Position numbers and translations under genes: made by a program. The notes under the pieces are model-generated. The model saw nothing but the letters and a program-made list of their open reading frames with translations, had not been told where the DNA came from and made no database searches. This document shows, piece by piece, positions 55,270 to 63,579 of a DNA stretch of 64,000 nucleotides (positions within the stretch are counted from its first letter, which is position 1; the number at the start of each line of letters is the position of its first letter). The DNA is taken from positions 1-64,000 of IMG/VR virus record IMGVR_UViG_3300017991_000002; one strand, given 5' to 3'.

Positions 55270-55359
55270 AAGATGTTGTGATTTTCGGTATTATATGCGG
55301 GATACTCACAGTAGCCGTATTCCTGTGGGCCTACCCCTGGAGAAGAAAGGGAGACTAAG

Positions 55360-55878
55360 ATGAGTGGATGGGTTCCTTTAATTTTAACGGTTTCATTGGT
55401 GATTTTTCTGTTCATTATTGTTAGCATCGCTACCTCTTATTCCATCAGAAGGCATGAGTCTGTTCAGAAAGAGGTTATTCGAGCAATAAGGGCCAGAGAA
55501 AAGTATATCGATATCCTCGATCATGTATATGGCCAGGAAGAGTTTGATGACGAGGAAGTCATTTATCTTCTTCCCTGTAAGAGCAGAAACGGTAGTAATG
55601 GGTTTTTTGTGCGGGCAGTTGAGGGGAAGAGCCGTGATAAGGTAAATTATTTTCTTGGCCTCGGTAAGGAACATTGGATACCAATAAGCCGGGGTCTTTA
55701 TGAGGAGTTTAGGAGAGAGTCGGCAAAAAACTTTTACCTCTTCATTGATGGAAGGATGGACAGCCGTGAAAAAGAAATGCAAGATCTGTGGGAAAATGGT
55801 TCCACGAAACTACCTGGTGAGTCACCAGAGTTATCACAAGAAGAAACGTCAGACGGATCCACGCAGCAAGAAATCTAA
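55360..55878 (+). CDS. Membrane-anchored hypothetical protein
   Basis: N-terminal TM helix. Confidence 0.7.
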   Translation: MSGWVPLILTVSLVIFLFIIVSIATSYSIRRHESVQKEVIRAIRAREKYIDILDHVYGQEEFDDEEVIYLLPCKSRNGSNGFFVRAVEGKSRDKVNYFLGLGKEHWIPISRGLYEEFRRESAKNFYLFIDGRMDSREKEMQDLWENGSTKLPGESPELSQEETSDGSTQQEI

Positions 55879-55879
55879 C

Positions 55880-56545
55880 CCCAAGTCATCTTGATCACGA
55901 TTACTGGGAGTGCCTCTGACGAGGCCCCAGGGTCGGGGGGGAGATGACACTAACCCAAGACTGGCTATGCTGTAGAGTGCATCAGTTATGCTTCTGCGGA
56001 TCGGCCAGTCTGAAGGGCTACGCTGCTAAAGAGCCACGGGGTATGATTTGATTCCATCGGTCTTGTAAGAAGACTTAATGTCCAAGCTGTGGTGCTGATG
56101 TTCCACACCGGGTGACGGTGTCTCTAAGGACGATGATTGAGGGTCATATCCGACAAAGCAGTGAAGGGAGGTGTAGTATGCGTTCGGGCCTCGGCTGTCG
56201 GGGGTTGGCGATGGGAACAAGACCCAGACAGGTGGTAGTCGTCAGGTGAGCGGGACTTTTAGCCGATCCTGATCATTGCCCATTTGCTCATGACCAGGGA
56301 TCTTGTAATCCAGAACCAACAAAAACTGCCGGTCGAGATGAAAATAGGTTTGAAAACGATCTGGGTGCCAGTTCGAGGAGCCAGCTTAGACAGAAGGCCT
56401 CCGAACAAAAGACACGCGTATGCTAATCTTTTCCAGAGATAAGTGTATCCCGCTTGAGCATGCCGACATTTCGAACCGCCAAATCCGGACTATCTTTTTT
56501 GAGAATTTCTGATCCACACCAGCCCCGGGCACCATGCCCGGGGCC
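55880..56545 (+). ncRNA. Candidate large structured ncRNA
   Basis: About 650 nt without a convincing gene; many local hairpins plus long-range and crossing helices. Confidence 0.5.
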
Positions 56546-56570
56546 CTACGCGAAGGAAGAGAGGTATAGA

Positions 56571-56798
56571 ATGGCTCATACATACTGCAAGGTATGCGCA
56601 CTGCCTTACGATTCACTTATTGGCAGAGACTGTCCCCATTGTCGAGAGCGTACCCAAAGAAGACTTGACAAAGAGGATGAAGACCAAGCCTGGATTGAAG
56701 ATAGTTTAAACCTTCTACATCAAAAACTTGATCGGCTGCTGTCACTTGTAGATAAGGACGCAGGGCCAATCAAGAGGAAGGGGGAATTGTACTTATAA
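56571..56798 (+). CDS. Small Zn-ribbon protein
   Basis: MAHTYCKVC..DCPHC; RBS favours ATG 56571 over 56454. Confidence 0.65.
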   Translation: MAHTYCKVCALPYDSLIGRDCPHCRERTQRRLDKEDEDQAWIEDSLNLLHQKLDRLLSLVDKDAGPIKRKGELYL

Positions 56799-56811
56799 TG
56801 AACTCACACTT

Positions 56812-57180
56812 TTGGTGGACCATACGAAGGTGGTGGCACCTTCCGCACATGATGGCAATGACTTGTCGACCAGAGCACCCCAGGAAGTATTTATCATGCT
56901 CCTTATTGTATTTGCCCTGTTTGTAACTGCCGCGGCTGTGCACAATACTTGGGGTATGTGTGGTGATTTAACTGTGTGTATTAAGGATGGGGAGGTTACA
57001 GTTTTCGAGGGGATAAATTATTGGGATTTCTTTAACAGAAAAAACTGCCTAAGCATAAACACGGGCGAGTGGACAACTATCTATATCCCCTGGGAGGAGA
57101 TAGAAAGAGTTGAGTTTATGATAACGGAGTGGGATGATGAGGACTTTAAGAAATCACAGAGTAAAATTCCTGGGGAGTGA
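56812..57180 (+). CDS. Membrane/secreted hypothetical protein
   Basis: Hydrophobic segment MLLIVFALFVTAAAV. Confidence 0.55.
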   Translation: MVDHTKVVAPSAHDGNDLSTRAPQEVFIMLLIVFALFVTAAAVHNTWGMCGDLTVCIKDGEVTVFEGINYWDFFNRKNCLSINTGEWTTIYIPWEEIERVEFMITEWDDEDFKKSQSKIPGE

Positions 57181-57204
57181 TCGACAGGACAGAGAGGAGA
57201 GATT

Positions 57205-57399
57205 ATGAATGGCTCAGAATTGAATGTTCAAACATGGGGATTATCCCAATCACGGGAAACCAGGCAAGAGACACTCAGTTCTATTTTTGAGGAGTGGGAT
57301 AGCCCAGGTAATCAATTCAGGGTACCAATCGGCGGTTACTTGTATAATGAGGGGTCATATAGAAGCTTGCCCCCCTGCATACTTCATGAGGAGTTATGA
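57205..57399 (+). CDS. Hypothetical protein
   Basis: GAGGAG RBS. Confidence 0.5.
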   Translation: MNGSELNVQTWGLSQSRETRQETLSSIFEEWDSPGNQFRVPIGGYLYNEGSYRSLPPCILHEEL

Positions 57400-57575
57400 G
57401 CTCGGTCCTCAATCCAATCACCATCCTCCTTGTTCTTTTATTTGTTTACGCAATCTGTCTGACGGTTGAGCACCTACGGACAGTCTGCGACAGATTAAGG
57501 AGAGATATATCTATTATTAAAGACGAACGTTTATTAGTCCTTTTACGAAAGAAAGGGGAGAAACAATGTCGCTGA
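57396..57575 (+). CDS. Small membrane protein (59 aa)
   Basis: Hand translation MSSVLNPITILLVLLFVYAICLTVEHLR... Confidence 0.5.
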   Translation: MSSVLNPITILLVLLFVYAICLTVEHLRTVCDRLRRDISIIKDERLLVLLRKKGEKQCR

Positions 57576-58141
57576 CTATCAATGAATTCAAGAAAATGAT
57601 CGTTAACAGGGAAGAGCCTGCTTGGCTCTCCAGTGTTGCAAAAGAAGCACGAAGACGTCATCATGAACGAAGCCGTGAAAGGAGACAGTTTCAGAAGATG
57701 CGTGGTGGACGGACAACAATGTGCAAGAAAGTGGAAGAGATGGTTTACCGTAACGGCTTTTCTCATATGTCCGTCGGACACATCTTTCACTGTGCCCACT
57801 GTAAAGATCGATTTACTGGACCGGAGTCGTTGTGTTCCCTGTTTGATGAGGTATTCAAGCGCGAACGGTATGGCTTAAAAAGGATTCACAGGAAACAGGA
57901 TATTCAGTTAGTCAACGATCACGTCGAGAAGTGTGCCAGGTGCTGGAGGATTCGGCAGGAGACCCTTGAAGAGGAGGCACATGATTGTCTTCGTTTCCGG
58001 GAGCTGCTCGAGTATGCCCTCCAAGATCCCGGTTGGCTGGAGACTCGATACGAAGACGTAAAATGGTTCTTCGAGCACAAGAACATTAAGTGTGGCAAGT
58101 GCCATCGTCTATTTAATGATATTTTACCGGATTATAAATGA
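57566..58141 (+). CDS. Cys/His-rich hypothetical protein
   Basis: CAHC, CARC, CGKCH. Confidence 0.7.
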   Translation: MSLTINEFKKMIVNREEPAWLSSVAKEARRRHHERSRERRQFQKMRGGRTTMCKKVEEMVYRNGFSHMSVGHIFHCAHCKDRFTGPESLCSLFDEVFKRERYGLKRIHRKQDIQLVNDHVEKCARCWRIRQETLEEEAHDCLRFRELLEYALQDPGWLETRYEDVKWFFEHKNIKCGKCHRLFNDILPDYK

Positions 58142-58314
58142 TTATTTCTGAGTTTGAGGACGAATTCGGAAACCCTCTCTTTAATATTGAAGTAAACCTC
58201 GAAGTGTTGGAAAGGAGGACCAAAGGCTTGGAGGATATTCTCAAGAGCATTCGAAAAAGCATTGAGGGGTTAAAGGAACTAAAGCAGAAGGTTTCCGAGG
58301 AAGGAGTCATATGA
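58138..58314 (+). CDS. Small coiled-coil protein (58 aa)
   Basis: Hand translation MIISEFEDEFGNPLFNIEV...; ATGA overlap. Confidence 0.55.
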   Translation: MIISEFEDEFGNPLFNIEVNLEVLERRTKGLEDILKSIRKSIEGLKELKQKVSEEGVI

Positions 58315-58321
58315 GCAGAAA

Positions 58322-58361
58322 TTTTTACTTTTTCTGTCCCAGAAACGTATAAGTATTATAG
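58322..58361 (+). promoter_or_regulatory. Conserved phage promoter motif
   Basis: TTTTACTTTTT..AGAAACGTATAAGTATTATAG followed by RBS AAGGAG. Confidence 0.75.
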
Positions 58362-58375
58362 AAAGGAGAATTGCG

Positions 58376-58828
58376 ATGCACATTTTGTATGATCAGGACG
58401 GAACCAAGTGCTTGTTCCACCACGAGAATGCTGAGGTGGAGTTGATACACAACGGCACGGTGATTATTGGCGGTAGTATTTTCAATGTTGACGTGTTAAA
58501 CATCCTACGCCAGAATGATATGTTGGAAAGGTTGGCAATGCATGCTGCCGACATCAAGGGTTGGCTGGACATTTTGGGATACTCCGTATTGTCCAAGTCA
58601 GATCAGGGACTTGTTCCGGATCAAAGTATCATCATCAACTGTGGTCATGACTACAAGGTCAGGACCAGGGTAAGAATGAAGGATAACATTATTATATTCA
58701 CACAGGAAGAATTCAACGTGGATACGAACAGATGGGAGGAGGTGGAGTTATATCGGGAGGATTTTGGCACGTTGAGGAAAGTAGTTACTTTCTTCGAAAC
58801 TTTTAACACGGCTTCACAGGAGGTGTAA
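58376..58828 (+). CDS. Hypothetical protein
   Basis: First gene after the promoter. Confidence 0.7.
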   Translation: MHILYDQDGTKCLFHHENAEVELIHNGTVIIGGSIFNVDVLNILRQNDMLERLAMHAADIKGWLDILGYSVLSKSDQGLVPDQSIIINCGHDYKVRTRVRMKDNIIIFTQEEFNVDTNRWEEVELYREDFGTLRKVVTFFETFNTASQEV

Positions 58829-58829
58829 T

Positions 58830-61375
58830 TTGCCGGAAAACAAAGCGGAAATAAAGGATACATATCAACGATTCTTCGATTACATGAATGCCGGATATCC
58901 TCTTATCTGGATCCAGACACAGGAGGATGCCCGCGTCATTTCTGAAATATCCCGACATGATAAGGATGAGACGCAGTGGTATGTCTGGGATATTGCCGCC
59001 GGCTTTCGTCAGCTAATCGAGAATGCTCAGGCAGAGGAGATGGAAGACCCAACTGGTCCGATTAAGAAGATTGAATCCCTTCCTGATCGGTCGGTAGTGT
59101 TCTTAAAGGACTTTCATCTTTTCATCACCAACCCGACCGTCTTTCGAATGATGAAGAACCTGATCCCTGTATTGGAGACAACGGAGAAGCATTTAGTGGT
59201 TATTTCCCCCACCGACAAAATGCCGATAGAGATCGAGACGGACTTCGTAATATGGGATTTTCCACTTCCCGATAGGGACGAGCTCGTAAATGAGGCAAAG
59301 AAACTGGCGGAGGATAACGACCTCACAAACATCAATGAGGAGTATGCTGCCTCTGCCGCCGGAATGGGATTAAATCCGGCCAGGAACGCTTTCTCCTTGT
59401 CCTTGGTTACCAGGGGAGGTAAGCTCGATCGTGAGCTTATTGAGGAGCAGAAGAAGGACAACATTCGAAGAGTGGAAGGACTCGAGTGGTTTCCGGTCGT
59501 TGAGGAGAAGGAAGTCGGGGGACTCGACAATATGAAAGATTACTTCAAATCACGTTGTCGAGGATTTACCGATCCGAAGCTTCCACTGCCGAAGGGAGTT
59601 CTGCTTGTTGGTCTTCCCGGCGCCGGCAAGTCGTTGTCTGCCAAGATGGCGGCACATATTTTCCAGACACCGCTCATCAGGTTCGATCTTGGGTCTCTGA
59701 AGGGATCCCTGGTTGGTGAGACGGAGAGCAAGACTCGTAAGGCACTGCAAGTGATCGATGCAAACGCACCGTTGGTGGTGTGGGTGGATGAAAAGTCGAT
59801 CTTGTCCACCTTAAATCCCGTGAACTGCTGGGACACTGAAACAGGTAGTGCTGTCAGCTATCAGCAGCCAAGCCTTGGGAGGAATTCCTTGGAAGGTTCA
59901 GAGGTCAGAGCATACCGTCCAGAACGGACGATGAAGCTCGTAGGGTCCAAGAGGACTCGAAGCGCGGGACAGATAGTTGACTTTTTTGATTAACCTGCTA
60001 TAGTATTAGAAAAGGTTCTTCTAATATTGACTAAAGCAGGAGGTTTTGAAATGTGGTCCAAGAAGTATGATGAATGTGTAAAATGTGGTTCCTCTGAGAG
60101 AAAGCATGTAGGCAGGGGTCTATGTTCCCTTTGTTACTCAAGAGACTGGGGAAATAAAAATGCTGACAAGCTTCGGAAACAACGGCATGAATGGTACATA
60201 AGAAGTGGGGGGAAGAATAGAGCCAGAATATTAAGGGAAGAGCGTTATTATGCAGGTAAAAGGAATCACATTCTGGAGCGAGATGGTTATAAGTGCGTCA
60301 AGTGTGGAGAAGATAGGGTAAGTCAATTGATTGTGCATCATGGAGACGGGAGTGGCAGGGGATCTAAAGAGCACAATAATGAAGACGATAATCTTGTAAC
60401 TTGGTGCCGAAGTTGCCATGCGAGACATCATAGTCCTCATAGAGGTAGGATATACAAGCCAGCTGGGTGGTCAGCTTGTTATTCAGCATGTATTGAATGC
60501 GGAACTACGGAGAGGCCACACGGTAGTAAAGGTTTGTGTAAGACCTGCTATGCCCGTAAGCTAAGAGCTGGTAAGGGTTATATGTGGACAGGATGGTCTT
60601 TTCATTATGAACACTGTATAGACTGTGGGACCACAGAAGTGAAACATCATTCGAAGGGTCTATGCACACGTTGCTATGATAAAAAGCGGCGTGAGGAGGC
60701 CAGAATGAAACGTCAACTATCTGATGATATGATCCGAACTCATGCGAAAGTATGAGAGGTTAATCGGACTCGGATTGACCGTAACATATAAATCCTTGTA
60801 TTTAAAGGGTTTTGGAGATCGAAAAAGCATTGGGAGGAGTGATGTCTTCGTCCAGATCAGACGCTGGAACAACCAGTAATATGTTCTCGGCACTGCTGAC
60901 GTGGATGCAGGAGTCTACGAAACCGCACTTCATCGTGGCAACGTGCAATGAAATTAGTGAATTGCTCGAGATCTCACAAGGTGCCCTCCTCCGTCGGTTT
61001 GATGATATCTTCTTCGTCGATCTTCCCACCCAGAAAGAGCGGGAAGAGATTATCAAGATTATGAACGAGCGGTATGGGACGAAGATACCGGTTAAGATGG
61101 CAAACGATATGCCGAATTGGACAGGTGCCGAAATAGAGCGCTTTGCCAGGGACTTGCTCTTCTGCAATGCCAAGACAAAGGCTGAGATGGATGAGGTCAA
61201 GGACGGAATTCGGTTGATTTACAACCAAAACCAGAATATAATTGAAACACTAAGACGGTGGGCGAAGGTTAACGCTCGCCGAGCGAATGCGTATCTGCCA
61301 GAGGAAGATGCCAGCGCTTCTGATAAGAAGTCGAAACGATCCTTGAGGTATCCCTCACAAACAACCAATGTGTAA
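58830..61375 (+). CDS. Ycf46-like AAA+ ATPase, spliced: join(58830..59789,60815..61375), 506 aa
   Basis: Walker A GLPGAGKS; splicing restores Walker B WVD|EIEKA..SDAGT..LLTWMQE; RRFD; WTGAEIE. Confidence 0.88.
59977..60004 (+). promoter_or_regulatory. Intron-internal sigma70-like promoter
   Basis: TTGACT-16 nt-TATAGT with TG extension. Confidence 0.55.
60051..60755 (+). CDS. Intron-encoded HNH homing endonuclease with three Zn-finger-like repeats
   Basis: CVKCG..VHH.D..N..DNLVTWCRSCHARHH; three C..CG...H..KGLC..CY repeats; AGGAGG RBS before ATG 60051. Confidence 0.85.
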   Translation: MWSKKYDECVKCGSSERKHVGRGLCSLCYSRDWGNKNADKLRKQRHEWYIRSGGKNRARILREERYYAGKRNHILERDGYKCVKCGEDRVSQLIVHHGDGSGRGSKEHNNEDDNLVTWCRSCHARHHSPHRGRIYKPAGWSACYSACIECGTTERPHGSKGLCKTCYARKLRAGKGYMWTGWSFHYEHCIDCGTTEVKHHSKGLCTRCYDKKRREEARMKRQLSDDMIRTHAKV

Positions 61376-61391
61376 CCAGGAGGTAAGGTAA

Positions 61392-61754
61392 ATGAGTCAT
61401 ACATCAGATATCAATCTGAAAATAAATTCTATTGAGGCTCTCCGCAGAGTTTGCGACAAGCTCGGTTGGGAGATGAACGAGAATGGTTCTGCTACTTTCT
61501 ATGATGGAAAGAAACGGGACGGTATCACCGTCAAGCTTCCGGGCTGGAGGTATGCCGTCGTTATCAATCGTGAGGAGGGGAAGGTCCTCTTCGACAACTA
61601 CAATGGTAGTTGGGGGAACATTAAACATCTGAATAAGTTAAAGGCACACTACGCGATCGAGTATGGAAAGATCCAAGCTCGAAGGATGGGATACACAACC
61701 GTGTATCAGGAAAACAATGAGGGCGAACTTGTCCTCACGGTTAACGTAGAATAG
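61392..61754 (+). CDS. DUF1257 (Ycf35-like) protein
   Basis: MSH..I..I.S.EALRRVCDKLGW..FDNY.G.WG..LKAHYAIE; typical neighbour of Ycf46-like genes. Confidence 0.8.
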   Translation: MSHTSDINLKINSIEALRRVCDKLGWEMNENGSATFYDGKKRDGITVKLPGWRYAVVINREEGKVLFDNYNGSWGNIKHLNKLKAHYAIEYGKIQARRMGYTTVYQENNEGELVLTVNVE

Positions 61755-61765
61755 AGAGGTGTACG

Positions 61766-61960
61766 ATGGGAAAAAAGATCATTATCTCTGCCAACGAAAA
61801 CACCGGTGATATCAATGTGACAACAGAGGGATTTAAAGGGGCCCAATGTCTTAAGGCCTCGAAATTCCTCGAGGAGGGTCTTGGTGGCGGTAAGATGACA
61901 AAGACCGCTGAATTTTACGAGGCCGAAAAGTTCGATGAGCATGTCCAGCTCAATACCTAA
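61766..61960 (+). CDS. DUF2997 protein
   Basis: G.INVTTEGFKGAQCLKASKFLEEGLG..KTAEFY. Confidence 0.8.
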   Translation: MGKKIIISANENTGDINVTTEGFKGAQCLKASKFLEEGLGGGKMTKTAEFYEAEKFDEHVQLNT

Positions 61961-62141
61961 GAATAAACTCATAATATCTGTCGGCCTGTGGGATCCTGAC
62001 CGTGTCAGGATCCGCACCGACGGGTGCGTTGACCCGGAAACGATCCTTGCGATCTGCCCTGAGGACGAGCAATTCAAGAAATGGGTAAACAAGAATCGTC
62101 CGGAGGAAGGTATGTTCTTTAGTACCCACCTATGTGGTTAA
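61935..62141 (+). CDS. Hypothetical protein
   Basis: Overlaps the upstream gene. Confidence 0.5.
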   Translation: MSMSSSIPKNKLIISVGLWDPDRVRIRTDGCVDPETILAICPEDEQFKKWVNKNRPEEGMFFSTHLCG

Positions 62142-62232
62142 CAGTACTATCAGGCCCACTGTCTGTGGGCCTCGCAATAATCATTTATTTTTCTTTATTT
62201 GAATCACTGTTCTCTACGGAAGGAGGTACTCC

Positions 62233-62841
62233 ATGGCCTTCAAGTTCGACATTATCTTGAAGCCAAAGAAGAGAGGTAACTGGCGTCCTGAAGTTATTAT
62301 TACTCTGGAAATCCTGGCTCCGGCATTTCCACACAGGCCTTACGTACCACGATTACACATAGTCTCAATAAATATGAAGGACTTTATTGAGAAAGGGATA
62401 AGGCCTGAAGAGGCAGAATGGTTTTGGCCTGTTACACACGAAAAGCCCTTCAAAATAATTTCACGAGATAAGTGGTTCCTTGATCTCAGCGACCTTGCAA
62501 GGGATTCTTCTGATAATCTGAAGGAGGATTGCACCCATGCTTTTCATGATAGTCCAAAGAGGGGCGTGGAGGCTGCTTATCCCTTAACGGGAGGAGACAT
62601 AGGTCCCGGTGGATTTCTTGAGGTAAACTATAGACACGATCTACATTTATTTCTGCCGTGGAGGCCGGGAATCAGGCCGGACTATTCAGACTATATGGCC
62701 AGGTTTGAAAATGCAGGTCGCTGGTTTGCTGAAAGATTAAAGGACGGCGAAGATAGCGGACAAAACGATGAGATGATTATCTCTGTAACCTCTGCGAGAA
62801 AAAAGTCGAGGGAGCAGGGTGTCAGGAAATTACGCTTTTGA
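62233..62841 (+). CDS. Hypothetical protein, tagged
   Basis: AGGAGG RBS; ends VRKLRF. Confidence 0.75.
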   Translation: MAFKFDIILKPKKRGNWRPEVIITLEILAPAFPHRPYVPRLHIVSINMKDFIEKGIRPEEAEWFWPVTHEKPFKIISRDKWFLDLSDLARDSSDNLKEDCTHAFHDSPKRGVEAAYPLTGGDIGPGGFLEVNYRHDLHLFLPWRPGIRPDYSDYMARFENAGRWFAERLKDGEDSGQNDEMIISVTSARKKSREQGVRKLRF

Positions 62842-62844
62842 ATC

Positions 62845-63340
62845 TTTGATTACAGGGGGTGAAAATTGCGGCATAAGGATACTATAGCCGAAGCTGGCTC
62901 GCCCGCGACCGATCCCTTTCAGAAGAAAGGGCAAATCGGGGAGTTGCACCATAAGGTGCGCCTGCGGAGGAGGAACCGAGAGGATTCTACGGTGGGGCAA
63001 GCGCCGGCCATGCCTGACCAGAGGTCCTATCGCACATTCTTGGGGATGCCTCGGGTGACTCGACAGAAAATAGAATCGAGGCCCAACTTATAAGAGGATT
63101 ATAATAGGATGAACGAAAAAGGAGACCGTGTTCAGTGTGCGAGCTTTATTATCATACTTGGGGATTCCATAGGCTAAGAAGCAGGGATTGATCCTACTCT
63201 TAGAGGATTCCGTTTCAATCTCGGTGGAGCTCAGGGTGGCCACCTTTAAAAACCCCTTGAGGTGGCGGGTGTGGTGAGGAAAGGACTAACCCATAACGGA
63301 GTGTGCAGATGCTGCTCTTACAAAAGGGGTTTTTTATTTC
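62845..63340 (+). ncRNA. Candidate structured ncRNA with partial tmRNA-like motifs
   Basis: Multiple hairpins, a pk1-like pseudoknot at 63223-63255 and an alternative 11-bp helix 63248-63258/63324-63334. Confidence 0.4.
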
Positions 63341-63404
63341 CGCACAAATATAGTGGTCATTATGGCCACTTGAAATATACCCAACCTTTTCAGAAAGGAT
63401 TCAA

Positions 63405-63569
63405 GTGAGAAAGAATCAACGCTGTCCGGGGTGTGGTCGTCGGTACAAAAAATCCCACGACGATCGAGAAAAGAAGTATACGAAGGAATGCTTGTCTTAC
63501 AAGGAATACAAGGCAGCAGCTGCAAAAATTCGAGAAGCAAGAAATATAACCACCAAATCATCTTCGTAG
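63405..63569 (+). CDS. Small basic protein (54 aa)
   Basis: Hand translation MRKNQRCPGCGRRYKKSHDDREKKYTKECLSYKEYKAAAAKIRE... Confidence 0.5.
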   Translation: MRKNQRCPGCGRRYKKSHDDREKKYTKECLSYKEYKAAAAKIREARNITTKSSS

Positions 63570-63579
63570 GAGGTGTCAC

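Larger units (their letters stand above)
59790..60814 (+). mobile_element. Self-splicing group I intron
   Basis: P1 GGUGGAU/GUCCACC with terminal U-G pair; P10 UCGAUCUU/GAGAUCGA; P/Q/R/S-like core; P7 GGUCA/UGAUC; P9 GAAA tetraloop; terminal G at 60814. Confidence 0.9.

Noticed and set aside
55880-56545. Hammerhead ribozyme, RNase P or group II intron
   Set aside because: CUGACGA is not followed by stem II-GAAA; RNase P P4 motifs and the group II GUGCG start and domain V are absent
58830-59993. 387-aa ORF and 60812..61375 ORF as two separate genes
   Set aside because: They are exons of one gene; the last 67 residues of the first ORF are translated intron
12347-62841. Tag as a eukaryotic NLS, implying a eukaryotic virus
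   Set aside because: Sigma70 promoters, SD sequences, overlapping operons and rho-independent terminators indicate a bacterial host
62866-63093. 75-aa ORF (also 33635..33892 minus and the 53155-53651 minus ORFs)
   Set aside because: No RBS, low-quality composition, and they overlap structured or repeat noncoding DNA
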